Sequence record: PZ452578.1
DNA length: 64,000 nucleotides
Reading direction: 5' to 3' (one strand)
Source: a phage
Below, piece by piece: positions 12,296 to 22,900 of the stretch (the first letter of the stretch is position 1; each line of letters starts with the position of its first letter). Below the pieces are notes generated by a model. The model saw only the letters and a list, made by a program, of their open reading frames with translations, ran no database searches and had not been told where the DNA came from. Both the position numbers and the translations under genes were made by a program.

Positions 12296-12612
12296 AAGTC
12301 CTCAACTTGAAAATCGTCTTTAAACAATCGGTTAACTATATGAGCTATTATATCACCATGACACGGCTTTGGTTTACATGTGCATCCTAGCCTCATTCCA
12401 CGTAAAGGCTCTAAATGTGCTTTAGTTATTTCTCCGGATTTAATTCGACGTATAAAATCTTTTTTGAATAATTCAATGGCAGCCTCCCGGCTGCCAGCAT
12501 CTTTACCGACGTAATTTCCCCAAAATGTACCACGGTGAATATTAACATCAAAGTCGGATTTATATTTATTCACTACCTGGCATAGACGGCCCGCGCGGTG
12601 ATAATTCGTCAT
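12286..12612 (-). CDS. hypothetical protein (108 aa) with C-terminal Cys/His cluster ([13 protein letters not shown]), DUF4326-like
   Basis: Track ORF; stop overlaps nrdA start; motif resemblance only. Confidence 0.45.
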   Translation of the reverse strand: MTNYHRAGRLCQVVNKYKSDFDVNIHRGTFWGNYVGKDAGSREAAIELFKKDFIRRIKSGEITKAHLEPLRGMRLGCTCKPKPCHGDIIAHIVNRLFKDDFQVEDLCN

Positions 12613-12841
12613 ATTGTTTTTCCGTTAAAACAGTAATATCATAGTAACAATCTGAAGAAGTTTTAACTGTAGAAATTTTATTATCAAAATACTCACGAGT
12701 CATTTTATGAGTATAATATTTTTTGCCATAAATGATAATAGGCTGATTTGGTCCTGGAACTTCTAACTCGCTTGGATTAGGAAGTGTAAAAAGAACGACA
12801 CCAGAAGTATCTTTAAATCGTAAAATCATATATCCTCGCAA
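12566..12841 (-). CDS. hypothetical protein (91 aa)
   Basis: Track ORF between td and nrdA; overlaps neighbour by about 45 nt; start uncertain. Confidence 0.35.
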   Translation of the reverse strand: MRGYMILRFKDTSGVVLFTLPNPSELEVPGPNQPIIIYGKKYYTHKMTREYFDNKISTVKTSSDCYYDITVLTEKQYDELSPRGPSMPGSE

Positions 12842-12852
12842 TTAAATTAAAA

Positions 12853-13713
12853 TTATACCGCCATTTTTCCTTTCAAGACACCGTGGGACTGATAATCTTT
12901 GAGAACGAAATCTTTAGGCCTGAGTTTAAGAATGTATTCCAATTGTTCTTTAGTAGAAAGATAGCGGAATTTATAAGGCAATCCGCCTATTACCAGTTCA
13001 CAAAGCTCTTTAGGTTCACGACGCAAAATTTCTTTACACTGTTCTACGTGATTCATATAGATATGAGTATTACCGCCAGAAAATATCAAATCTCCAGGAA
13101 TAAGATTACACATCTTAGCTACAATATGAACTAACGCAGCATATGATGCAATATTAAATGGAAGACCGAGGAAAACATCTACCGAACGTTGATACCACTG
13201 CAAATCTAAATAGCCATTACGCACATTAAACTGATAGAACATATGACAAGGCGGTAATGCCATATATTTAAGTTCAGCTGGATTCCACGCAGAAACAATT
13301 TGACGCCTATCATTTGGCAGTTTTTTAATACGATCAACAACTTCTATAATTTGGTCTACACCGCCAAAATCACGCCACTGTTTTCCATAAATTGGACCAA
13401 GTTCACCGCTATGGTATCCTAAATCTTTTGCCTGATTTTCGTAATTTTCATCCCAGACTGTTTTGCCTTGGATTAACGAATCGTGTTGAATTAATCGTAA
13501 ATCATTAACATTTGTGCTTCCTGATAAAAACCATATTAGCTCAGCAATGCATGCATTCCAGGCGAGCTTTTTAGTTGTTACTGCAGGAAAGCCTTTAGTT
13601 AAATCCCAACGCAATTTAGTACCGAACAGAGCAATTGTTCCTGTGCCCGTTCGGTCATCGGTTTCATAGCCATTTTCAAAAATGTCTTTAATTAAATCTT
13701 GGTATTGTTTCAT
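12853..13713 (-). CDS. td: thymidylate synthase (286 aa), uninterrupted
   Basis: Continuous 286-aa ORF with T4 Td N-terminus MKQYQDLIKDIFENGYET; no intron. Confidence 0.9.
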   Translation of the reverse strand: MKQYQDLIKDIFENGYETDDRTGTGTIALFGTKLRWDLTKGFPAVTTKKLAWNACIAELIWFLSGSTNVNDLRLIQHDSLIQGKTVWDENYENQAKDLGYHSGELGPIYGKQWRDFGGVDQIIEVVDRIKKLPNDRRQIVSAWNPAELKYMALPPCHMFYQFNVRNGYLDLQWYQRSVDVFLGLPFNIASYAALVHIVAKMCNLIPGDLIFSGGNTHIYMNHVEQCKEILRREPKELCELVIGGLPYKFRYLSTKEQLEYILKLRPKDFVLKDYQSHGVLKGKMAV

Positions 13714-13758
13714 TTAGTACCTTATATAAATTATAATACATTTTATGAAGCTAAATAA

Positions 13759-14106
13759 TCAATACGGTTTAGCATCAAATTTTCTCTCAATTTCAGGTGT
13801 GAAATATAATTCTTTACCACGTTTGGAAAAGCGACCAATAATATGATAATTATTCTCATCAAACGTAATATTACCAATATCCATAGCTTTCAACCAAATA
13901 TCGATATTTCTATCCAGCTTTATGTCAAAATTCCAATACAGAGAACTATTACCGAAAATACTGCAAGCGGATTCAGTGAAACAACTGCTATAAATCTTGT
14001 CTTTAGGAACTACTAATTGATAGACACCTTTAATAAACTGAGGACCCTGCCACTTTGGCTGTTTCTCGTCTTTTTCTAATAGAATAGGGTAATAATTAAA
14101 ATTCAT
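13759..14106 (-). CDS. hypothetical protein (115 aa) lying between frd and td
   Basis: Track ORF; no recognised motif. Confidence 0.45.
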   Translation of the reverse strand: MNFNYYPILLEKDEKQPKWQGPQFIKGVYQLVVPKDKIYSSCFTESACSIFGNSSLYWNFDIKLDRNIDIWLKAMDIGNITFDENNYHIIGRFSKRGKELYFTPEIERKFDAKPY

Positions 14107-14125
14107 ATTTCCGCCACGCGTTATT

Positions 14126-14710
<585 letters not shown>

Positions 14711-14965
14711 TCAAAACCCCCTTTCAATAAACCATTCAGTGGCTTTATTAGCATCAAAGAATAATTCTTCATATGTCTTTTCTTTGTTTTCAAAAACTGT
14801 CACACAAACACGTTGACATTCTCCACAGTATTCTTCTGACATACTTAAAGCGTCAGAAAACATTTCTTTAAATTCATTTAAATCAGGATTATGCAATGCG
14901 TTAAAAATTGCATAATCGAATTCATCATTCATAAATTCAAATACAAAAATCATATTACCTCCCAC
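14711..14965 (-). CDS. hypothetical acidic protein (about 80-84 aa)
   Basis: Track ORF upstream of frd; start uncertain. Confidence 0.4.
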   Translation of the reverse strand: MGGNMIFVFEFMNDEFDYAIFNALHNPDLNEFKEMFSDALSMSEEYCGECQRVCVTVFENKEKTYEELFFDANKATEWFIERGF

Positions 14966-15309
14966 TGAAAGGGGCCAGAAGCAAATCCGCTATCTTTAAT
15001 CATTTTAACTAAAGTTACCATTCCTCTGTTAACTGCTTGTGAGATTTCATCAAAAACTTCATCACTATCACCATAAAGATCGCTAAAAAGTTCTAACACG
15101 TTCTTCTGAACTTTTAATTTACAGCCAACAAATTCGCCTACAGTAAATTCGTTTCCGCCAACTCCAGCGTAAAACGTAATTACACCAGTTAATGGTCTTT
15201 CACTAGAACATAGGTCGTGTGATAAATTAATATAAGCCGTCCCGGGTGCAGTTTTAAGTTGGCAACGAATACTTACTCGAGCAATTCCAGCTACACGAAT
15301 GTCAGACAT
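14950..15309 (-). CDS. hypothetical protein (119 aa)
   Basis: Track ORF. Confidence 0.45.
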   Translation of the reverse strand: MSDIRVAGIARVSIRCQLKTAPGTAYINLSHDLCSSERPLTGVITFYAGVGGNEFTVGEFVGCKLKVQKNVLELFSDLYGDSDEVFDEISQAVNRGMVTLVKMIKDSGFASGPFQWEVI

Positions 15310-15319
15310 ATTATTTTCC

Positions 15320-15562
15320 TCAAACAGACTTTTTCACAATTTTCCAATCAGCTTTAAACTGCTCGACGTCAGAATGGTAAATCCAAAATCCTGCGCTTTC
15401 TCCATCCTCATAAAGAGGGCATCCATCACATTCATCTTCCCACCCCATATCGCGTAAAAGGTGTTCAGCTTTTTCAACAAGTTCAGAATCTTTACCGATG
15501 ATATTATAATACCATTTACCTCTAACTTCCGAGTCTTTGATGCTCTGACGTTGTAATCTCAT
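15320..15562 (-). CDS. hypothetical protein (80 aa)
   Basis: Track ORF; early promoter 15589-15618 upstream. Confidence 0.45.
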   Translation of the reverse strand: MRLQRQSIKDSEVRGKWYYNIIGKDSELVEKAEHLLRDMGWEDECDGCPLYEDGESAGFWIYHSDVEQFKADWKIVKKSV

Positions 15563-15588
15563 TTTATTCTCCTCAAGTTGATAAGGCT

Positions 15589-15618
15589 ATAGTATCATTA
15601 CCATAGCCTGTTGTAACA
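15589..15618 (-). promoter_or_regulatory. T4-type early promoter (-35 TGTTACA, -10 TACTAT) within palindrome
   Basis: 17-nt spacer; GGCTAT...ATAGCC inverted repeat. Confidence 0.45.
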
Positions 15619-15619
15619 T

Positions 15620-15847
15620 TTATTTTTGGATTAAGCCCATATAAAATTTAGCATCTTCAGGATACATGCCATCACAATACTCATTGGTCATAAAACTAAT
15701 AAGGTCTTCAAGAGGACCTTGGACCTCAATTTGAATACTAAAGAATTGGGTATCTTTAATGTAAGCCATACTCAAAGAAGGATAACGATTGCGGATAACT
15801 TCGTAAGTGTATTCAAAATCAACAATATCAATATTAACCTTAGCCAT
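15620..15847 (-). CDS. hypothetical protein (75 aa), paralogue of 16334-16564
   Basis: Internal ATG 15847 ([13 protein letters not shown]...) preceded by GAGGAAAATAAA; own early promoter 15877-15907. Confidence 0.5.
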   Translation of the reverse strand: MAKVNIDIVDFEYTYEVIRNRYPSLSMAYIKDTQFFSIQIEVQGPLEDLISFMTNEYCDGMYPEDAKFYMGLIQK

Positions 15848-15876
15848 TTTATTTTCCTCATGTAGTTGATAGGGTA

Positions 15877-15907
15877 ATAGTATCACACTACTACCCTTAC
15901 TGTAAAC
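15877..15907 (-). promoter_or_regulatory. T4-type early promoter (-35 GTTTACA, -10 TACTAT)
   Basis: Upstream of 75-aa paralogue. Confidence 0.5.
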
Positions 15908-16287
15908 TACTTTTTGAAAGTTTTTCGCAAAAGTTCAATGATTTCATCTACATTGTTTTCATCTACAATGCAGTGAATTTTTGTTACGCCAGAAACCTTG
16001 TCTTTGACTTCAACTTCTTCAGAAGTCGGTTCTTTATACTCACGAAAACAATGAAATTCGTCTTCGCAAATTTCTAAAAGTCTATCTTTGAGGTAAAAAT
16101 GCTTTCCATTTGCGCATTCAATGTGTTTTACTGCTTTATATCCATTAGCGACGGAAACTTCTTTAACTTCAAACCATCCGCCATTATCTCGAATCGCTTT
16201 AACTATTGATGAATTAGAACGTGGGCTATAATTAATAAATGTATCAATAAGTCTTGGAACAAGCTCATACTTTTTACCGGTATACAT
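15907..16287 (-). CDS. hypothetical protein (126 aa)
   Basis: Track ORF; GAGGAAAACGTA SD; stem-loop 16309-16325 just upstream. Confidence 0.5.
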   Translation of the reverse strand: MYTGKKYELVPRLIDTFINYSPRSNSSIVKAIRDNGGWFEVKEVSVANGYKAVKHIECANGKHFYLKDRLLEICEDEFHCFREYKEPTSEEVEVKDKVSGVTKIHCIVDENNVDEIIELLRKTFKK

Positions 16288-16333
16288 TACGTTTTCCTCA
16301 TTTTAATAGGGGCTGTAATAGCCCCCTCGATAA

Positions 16334-16564
16334 TTATTGTTCAATCAGTCCCATGTAAAATTCTGCGTCTTCAGAATCCATGCCATCACAATATTCATTA
16401 GCCATAAAGCGGGTAAGGTCTTCAAGAGGACCTTCAATGACAATAGAAAAATTGCAATAATTGGGATCATCATGAATACTTGTGATACTAAGTTCAGGAT
16501 AACGATTACGAATAATTTCTTCGATATATTCAAAATCAACGATGTCAATATCAACTTTAGCCAT
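16334..16564 (-). CDS. hypothetical protein (76 aa), paralogue of 15620-15847
   Basis: Internal ATG 16564 ([13 protein letters not shown]...) preceded by AAGAGGAAAATAAT; early promoter 16608-16637. Confidence 0.5.
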   Translation of the reverse strand: MAKVDIDIVDFEYIEEIIRNRYPELSITSIHDDPNYCNFSIVIEGPLEDLTRFMANEYCDGMDSEDAEFYMGLIEQ

Positions 16565-16607
16565 ATTATTTTCCTCTTTAATCATCAGCAGTATTGCCGA
16601 TAGTTGT

Positions 16608-16637
16608 ATAGTACCATGGAAGAACAGGGATGTAAAC
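16608..16637 (-). promoter_or_regulatory. T4-type early promoter (-35 GTTTACA, -10 TACTAT) with A/T-rich UP module
   Basis: 17-nt spacer; part of repeated module. Confidence 0.55.
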
Positions 16638-16654
16638 AGTTTTGTGAAAAAATT

Positions 16655-16687
16655 TTTGAAATAAAAAAGGGGACCCTAGAGGTCCCC
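16655..16687 (-). terminator. rho-independent terminator after gene 32
   Basis: GGGGACC...GGUCCCC stem followed by U-run. Confidence 0.7.
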
Positions 16688-16709
16688 AATTAATTAGTAA
16701 TATAATCTA

Positions 16710-17618
16710 TTAAAGGTCATTCAAAAGGTCATCCAGGTCCGTGTCATCAGCACTAGATGAACTGCCAGAGCTTGAGCTCATAAAATCATCTTCAGTTTTT
16801 GTATTGAAGTCATCAACATTGAATGCATCCAAATCATCAGCAACTTTATCAGCTTTCTTAGCAGCAGTTGCAGCGGCACCGCCCATCACAGCAGTTCCCA
16901 TAACTTGACCGAATTTAGTATTCAGTTCTTCAAACGATTTGAATTTATCTTTAGAAGTCATTTCAGAAAGGTCAACCATTTGTTCGAACAGTTCTTTCTG
17001 GAAAGATTCATCATCAATGTTTGGAATCGCAGATTGATTCAGGAATTTAGATTCGTCGTAGTTACTAAAACCAGAAACTTGTTTAACTTTCAGTACAAAG
17101 TTAGCACCTTCCCATGGACAAGTTACATCAACCGGAGTTTCACCCATTTCAACATCAACCGCAATCATCGCGTTGATTTTATCCCAGATTTTCTTACCGA
17201 AACGGTATTTAAATACTTTACCTTCGTTTTCTGGAGCAGCTGGGTCTTTTACTACAAGAATGTTAGCCCAGTAAGAAGTTTTACGTTTAACAAGACCGTA
17301 CTCTTTATTGTCAGTGTTGTACAAATCATTTTTACTGATGTACTGACATACTGGACAAGAATCGTAATCACCGTGGGTAGATGAACAGTTTTCAATATAC
17401 CATTTACCATTTTTCTTGAAACCGTGATTTACAAGAATTGCGAATGGTGCTTGTTCATCATTTTTAGACGGAAGAAAACGAATTACTGCTTGACCGTTAC
17501 CCGCATTATCGAGTTTCAGTTTCCACTCGCCTTTATCTTCAGAAGAAAAACCACCCTTATTTCCAGCCAGTTTAGCCATTTGTGCAGCGAGTTCAGCAGT
17601 AGATTTACGTTTAAACAT
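16710..17618 (-). CDS. 32: single-stranded DNA-binding protein gp32 (302 aa)
   Basis: N-terminus [17 protein letters not shown] as T4 gp32; known autoregulatory leader upstream. Confidence 0.9.
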   Translation of the reverse strand: MFKRKSTAELAAQMAKLAGNKGGFSSEDKGEWKLKLDNAGNGQAVIRFLPSKNDEQAPFAILVNHGFKKNGKWYIENCSSTHGDYDSCPVCQYISKNDLYNTDNKEYGLVKRKTSYWANILVVKDPAAPENEGKVFKYRFGKKIWDKINAMIAVDVEMGETPVDVTCPWEGANFVLKVKQVSGFSNYDESKFLNQSAIPNIDDESFQKELFEQMVDLSEMTSKDKFKSFEELNTKFGQVMGTAVMGGAAATAAKKADKVADDLDAFNVDDFNTKTEDDFMSSSSGSSSSADDTDLDDLLNDL

Positions 17619-17649
17619 TTTTATTTCCTTTTAATTTAATTAACAGTTG
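17619..17649 (-). promoter_or_regulatory. gene 32 translational operator (unstructured A/U-rich leader)
   Basis: UUAAUUAAAUUAAAAGGAAAUAAAA immediately 5' of the gene 32 ATG, as in T4. Confidence 0.7.
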
Positions 17650-17684
17650 GTGCTATGACGATGTATGACCTCATAGCTGGTCAG
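17650..17684 (-). ncRNA. gene 32 mRNA leader pseudoknot
   Basis: UGACCAGCUAUGAGGUCAUACAUCGUCAUAGC matches my memory of the T4 gene 32 pseudoknot. Confidence 0.65.
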
Positions 17685-17700
17685 TGAGATAATTATAATC

Positions 17701-17708
17701 TATTTATA
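17701..17708 (-). promoter_or_regulatory. late promoter TATAAATA for gene 32
   Basis: Exact TATAAATA on minus strand upstream of leader. Confidence 0.55.
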
Positions 17709-17716
17709 ATAAGCAA

Positions 17717-18370
17717 TTAATACTTACAAGATTTCACAGTTTCAATGAAAACACTTTTAGCTTTCTGTGAATCAATATTTAAAATTTTTCTATAAGCTTT
17801 TAACTTTATAGAATAATTATTCCAAACTAAATTATCAGTCTGTTCATCATGTTTATCAATTATATTTAAAAACGAATCAAGTAAGATAAATGTCTCAAAC
17901 GAAATTATATTCGATTGAAGCAGTTTAAAAATATAACTTGACTGAACCTTTGGATTATATTCAAAGATTTCTTTAAAAGCAGAAACTTCAACTTTCTTAC
18001 TAAAATAATAAATGTTGCGAATATCTTCTTCAAACTTAAATTTAATTTGCTTTAAGCGTCCGATATATTCACGATAAAACACAAGTGCATCAGCGTCAGA
18101 GATGTCACCAATCCAAGCATCTTGGTTAGCAACAAGATTGCTTATAAAGATTAAAGCAAGTTCCTTTAATTTATATTTTTCTGATAACTTCTGGAAAAAA
18201 TACTTATCCCTTCGCTTTTGATAAGCGGCATCAGACACCCGCATGCACCAATTATACTTAATTACATCATACTTTCCATTCATATGTTGTTTTATCATTA
18301 AGTATAATTTATAAACTGATTTACCATCAATGTATCTTTCACCACCAGCAGGCATGCGGAGTTTAATCAT
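17717..18370 (-). CDS. 59: helicase-loading protein gp59 (217 aa)
   Basis: 217 aa as T4 gp59; position between 32 and 33. Confidence 0.8.
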   Translation of the reverse strand: MIKLRMPAGGERYIDGKSVYKLYLMIKQHMNGKYDVIKYNWCMRVSDAAYQKRRDKYFFQKLSEKYKLKELALIFISNLVANQDAWIGDISDADALVFYREYIGRLKQIKFKFEEDIRNIYYFSKKVEVSAFKEIFEYNPKVQSSYIFKLLQSNIISFETFILLDSFLNIIDKHDEQTDNLVWNNYSIKLKAYRKILNIDSQKAKSVFIETVKSCKY

Positions 18371-18705
18371 AGCAGAAAATCTAATGTATTAGTTTTTTCA
18401 CAACGAACAACAGAAGGACGTAAAAGATTTTCGTCAATGGCTTCTGACTGAATTTTTTCAATTATACCCGAAGGAATAAATTTAGCAAATTGAGTTTCAG
18501 GAATAGAGTTTTCTTCCAAGAATGCTGTCGTAGCTTCAAGATAACTCATTCCAAACTCTTCTACCATTTTTTCAATAATAAATCCATTTTCTTGACGATC
18601 AAGAAGCTTTGCTATTTCATCCTTTTCTTTCTTAATTGAAAGTTCTTTTTCTGAAAGACCGGTCTCATCGACCGGACGAATATCATTTAGAGAAAACTGT
18701 GTCAT
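18367..18705 (-). CDS. 33: late transcription co-activator gp33 (112 aa)
   Basis: ATG 18705 (MTQFSLNDIRPVDE...) gives the T4-length 112-aa protein; the track start at 18714 is a TTG. Confidence 0.7.
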   Translation of the reverse strand: MTQFSLNDIRPVDETGLSEKELSIKKEKDEIAKLLDRQENGFIIEKMVEEFGMSYLEATTAFLEENSIPETQFAKFIPSGIIEKIQSEAIDENLLRPSVVRCEKTNTLDFLL

Positions 18706-18952
18706 AAAGTTCAACTACCTCTTCAGTTTCAGCTTCAAACACATCACGATTATCTTTATGATACAAAGCTAATAGACGATTAAACATCTTACCATCAACG
18801 CCAAGTTCATCTTTGGCACGAATTCGAATATCTTTAATCAGTTCATTATAACCGGAAATTTTCAGTTTATGATCAGATGCTTCTTTAATAAATTTAGCTA
18901 AGTCTTCGCCGTGGATAGCTTCATCAAATTCAACCATTTCTTTTTTAGCCAT
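18683..18952 (-). CDS. dsbA: dsDNA-binding protein DsbA (89 aa)
   Basis: 89 aa, position between rnh and 33 as in T4. Confidence 0.65.
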   Translation of the reverse strand: MAKKEMVEFDEAIHGEDLAKFIKEASDHKLKISGYNELIKDIRIRAKDELGVDGKMFNRLLALYHKDNRDVFEAETEEVVELYDTVFSK

Positions 18953-18960
18953 TATTCACC

Positions 18961-19878
18961 TCAAAATTCATTAATGCTATTAGTTAATTTAGAAAGACCC
19001 GCTTTTACAAAATATGAATAAATTTTGCCACGCGGTGGTAATTTATATGAATTATAGTAATTCACAATGTTTGAAGCAATATTATCAGGAATATAATCAA
19101 AATCAATTAGAACTAAATTTTCTTTATAACGATTATATTCAGATTCTGTGAGAAGCACCTTAGCTTGCTCACGGTCATTAGCAATAGCTTCAACGATTGA
19201 AGTTTTCATTGAAGGAGTTCGTTCACCTTCAACTCTGGTAAACCAAAAGTCAGATCGTACTTTAACTGAAGCAACGTTATCCTTTTTGTCGCCTTTAAGG
19301 ATTTTAGTCATACAGTCAATTTCAGCAGAACCGCTTTTAATTTTAACCCATTTCTTATGCATCGGTGACCATTGCTTAACATTTGGATATTTGTGAAGCT
19401 GTGTAAAGTCACCATCCGATGAAATGATTAAAATCTTGTGTCCTTCTAAAGAGAACTTTTTAACAAGAACAGCAATGTGGTCATCTGCTTCATACTTATC
19501 AATATCCATAACAATGTATGGCATATAAGCTTTTAATTCATCTATAACTTTGTGGCTGGATTCAAAATAACCTTCCCAGTCCCAAGTCGATTCTTCTCGT
19601 GCTTTTCCACGGTTTTTCTTGTAATAATACGCGAAATCACGACGCCAGTATCCAGATTTCGCGTTATCAATACACAGTACAATTTTAGTGTATCCAAGCG
19701 TTTTTGCTTTTTTGACATTAAACTTAATTGAGTTCAATATCAAATGACGAACCATTGATAAATTAATTTTTTCTTTATCTGGGAAGTTTACCAGAGCAGT
19801 TGAAAGCGCAATTTGACTAAAGTCAATAAAGCAAATTCCTTCTTTGTAATCTTCATCCAGCATCATTTCTAAATCCAT
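18961..19878 (-). CDS. rnh: RNase H / 5'-3' exonuclease (305 aa)
   Basis: ATG 19878 (MDLEMMLDEDYK...) gives the 305-aa T4 RNase H length; FEN-family. Confidence 0.85.
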   Translation of the reverse strand: MDLEMMLDEDYKEGICFIDFSQIALSTALVNFPDKEKINLSMVRHLILNSIKFNVKKAKTLGYTKIVLCIDNAKSGYWRRDFAYYYKKNRGKAREESTWDWEGYFESSHKVIDELKAYMPYIVMDIDKYEADDHIAVLVKKFSLEGHKILIISSDGDFTQLHKYPNVKQWSPMHKKWVKIKSGSAEIDCMTKILKGDKKDNVASVKVRSDFWFTRVEGERTPSMKTSIVEAIANDREQAKVLLTESEYNRYKENLVLIDFDYIPDNIASNIVNYYNSYKLPPRGKIYSYFVKAGLSKLTNSINEF

Positions 19879-19907
19879 ATGAACCTCGTTCAATTAGTGA
19901 GATTTCT

Positions 19908-19938
19908 ATTATATACCATCCAAATCTTAAAGTAAACA
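19908..19938 (-). promoter_or_regulatory. T4-type early promoter for rnh (-35 GTTTAC, -10 TATAAT)
   Basis: Overlaps the divergent gene 34 late promoter. Confidence 0.5.
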
Positions 19939-19940
19939 AG

Positions 19941-19948
19941 TATAAATA
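19941..19948 (+). promoter_or_regulatory. late promoter TATAAATA for genes 34-35
   Basis: Exact TATAAATA about 35 nt upstream of gene 34 ATG. Confidence 0.7.
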
Positions 19949-19982
19949 CTTATTATTGAAAACACAATAGGAGCCCGGGAGA

Positions 19983-22900
19983 ATGGCCGAGATTAAAAGA
20001 AAGTTCAGAGCAGAAGATGGTCTGGACGCAGGTGGCGATAAAATAATCAACGTAGCTTTAGCTGATCGTGCCGTAGGAACTGACGGTGTTAACGTTGATT
20101 ACTTAATTCAAGAAAACACAGTTCAACAATACGATCCAACTCGTGGATATTTAAAAGATTTTGTAATCATTTATGATAACCGCTTTTGGGCTGCTATAAA
20201 TGATATTCCAAAACCAGCAGGAGCTTTTAATAGCGTACGCTGGAGAGCGTTACGTACTGATGCAAACTGGACAACTGTTTCATCAGGACCTTATCAATTA
20301 AAATCGGGTGAATCAATTTCAGTTGATACTGCAGCTGGTAATGACATTACATTTACTTTACCATCTACCCCAATTGACGGTGATACTATCGTTCTCCAAG
20401 ATATTGGAGGAAAACCTGGAGTTAATCAAGTTTTAATTACAGCTCCGGTACAAAGCATTGTAAATTTTAGAGGTCAGCAAGTACGTTCAGTACTAATGAC
20501 TCATCCAAAATCACAGATAGTTTTAATTTTTAGTAATCGTCTGTGGCAAATGTATGTCGCTGATTATAGTAGAGAAGCTGTAGTTGTAACGCCTGCGAGT
20601 CTCTATCAGGCTCAATCAAACGATTTTATCGTACGTAGATTTACTTCTGCTTCAGCAATTAATATTAAACTTCCAAGATTTGCCAATCATGGCGATATTA
20701 TTAATTTCGTTGATTTGGATAAATTAAATCCTCTTTATCACACAATTGTTACTACATATGATGAAACAACTTCAGTACAAGAAGTTGGAACTCATTCCAT
20801 TGAAGGTCGTACATCGATTGACGGTTTCTTGATGTTTGATGATAATGAGAAATTGTGGAGATTGTTTGACGGGGATAGTAAAGCACGTTTACGCATTATA
20901 ACAACTAATTCTAATATTCGTCCAAATGAAGAAGTCATGGTATTTGGCGCGAATAATGGAACAACCCAAACAATTGAACTTCAGCTTCCGACTGATATTT
21001 CTGTTGGTGATACTGTCAAAATTTCCATGAATTACATGAGAAAAGGACAAACGGTTAAAATCAAAGCTGCAGGTGAAGATAAAATTGCTTCTTCAGTTCA
21101 ATTGCTGCAATTCCCAAAACGCTCAGAATATCCACTTGAAGCTGAGTGGGTTACAGTTCAAGAATTAGTTTTTAACGGTGAAACTAATTATGTTCCAGTT
21201 TTGGAGCTTGCTTATATTGAAGATTCTGATGGAAAATATTGGGTTGTACAGCAAAACGTTCCAACTGTAGAAAGAGTAGATTCTTTAAATGATTCTACTA
21301 GAGCAAGATTAGGGGTAATTGCTTTAGCTACACAAGCTCAAGCTAATGCTGATTTAGAAAATTCTCCACAAAAAGAATTGGCAATTACTCCAGAAACGTT
21401 AGCTAATCGTACTGCTACAGAAACTCGTAGAGGTATTGCAAGAATAGCAACTACTGCTCAAGTTAACCAGGATACTACATTCTCTTTTGCTGATGATATT
21501 ATCATCACTCCTAAAAAGCTGAATGAAAGAACAGCTACTGAAACTCGCAGAGGTGTTGCTGAAATTGCTACACAGCAAGAAACTAATACAGGAACCGATG
21601 ATACTACAATCATCACTCCTAAAAAGCTTCAAGCTCGACAAGGTTCTGAATCATTATCTGGTATTGTAACTTTTGTATCTACTGCAGGTGCTACTCCAGC
21701 TTCTAGCCGTGAATTAAATGGTACGAATGTTTATAATAAAAACACTAATAATTTAGTTGTTTCACCTAAAGCTTTGGATCAGTATAAAGCTACTCCAACA
21801 CAGCAAGGTGCAGTAATTTTAGCAGTTGAAAGTGAAGTAATTGCTGGACAAAGTCAGGAAGGATGGGCAAATGCGGTTGTAACGCCAGAAACGTTACATA
21901 AAAAGACATCAACTGATGGAAGAATTGGTTTAATTGAAATTGCTACGCAAAGTGAAGTTAATACAGGAACTGATTATACTCGTGCAGTCACTCCTAAAAC
22001 TTTAAATGACCGTAGAGCAACTGAAAGTTTAAGTGGTATAGCTGAAATTGCTACGCAAGTTGAATTCGACGCAGGCGTCGACGATACTCGTATCTCTACA
22101 CCATTAAAAATTAAAACCAGATTTAATAGTACTGATCGTACTTCTGTTGTTGCTCTATCTGGATTAGTTGAATCAGGAACTCTCTGGGACCATTATACCC
22201 TTAATATTCTTGAAGCAAACGAGACACAACGTGGTACACTTCGTGTAGCTACACAGGTCGAAGCTGCTGCAGGAACATTAGATAATGTTTTAATAACTCC
22301 TAAAAAGCTTTTAGGTACTAAATCTACTGAAGCGCAAGAAGGTGTTATTAAAGTTGCAACTCAGTCTGAAACTGTGACTGGAACGTCAACAAATACTGCT
22401 GTATCTCCAAAAAATTTAAAATGGATTGTGCAGAGTGAACCTACTTGGGCAGCAACTACTCTGATAAGAGGTTTTGTTAAAACTTCATCTGGTTCAATTA
22501 CATTCGTTGGTAATGATACGGTAGGTTCAACACAGCCATTAGAATCATATGAGAAAAATAGCTATGCAGTATCACCATATGAATTAAACCGTGTATTAGC
22601 AAATTATCTGCCGTTAAAAGCAAAAGCTGTAGATAGTAATTTATTGGATGGTCTAGATTCATCTCAGTTCATTCGTAGGGATATTGCACAGACGGTTAAT
22701 GGTTCACTAACCTTAACCCAACAAACGAATCTGAGTGCCCCTCTTGTATCATCTAGTACTGCTACGTTTGGTGGTTCAGTTACGGCAAATAGTGTACTAA
22801 CTATTTCTAATACTGGAACAGAAACTCATCTGATTTTTGAGAAAGGACCTCAAACTGGAACTAACCAAGCACAGACGGTGACTATTAGAGTGTGGGGTAA

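Noticed and set aside
12853-13713. Searched for td and nrdB group I introns and intron-encoded endonucleases
   Set aside because: Both ORFs are continuous at T4 protein length with no intervening non-coding insert.
19853-20050. 65-aa minus-strand ORF spanning the rnh/34 promoter region
   Set aside because: Overlaps the gene 34 start and both promoters; no SD.
21399-21641. Minus-strand track ORFs inside the plus-strand tail fibre genes (21399-21641, 25215-25403, 25661-25876, 26876-27070, 27981-28361, 29611-29793)
   Set aside because: Antisense to genes 34, 36, 37 and 38, which are strongly supported; no SD.
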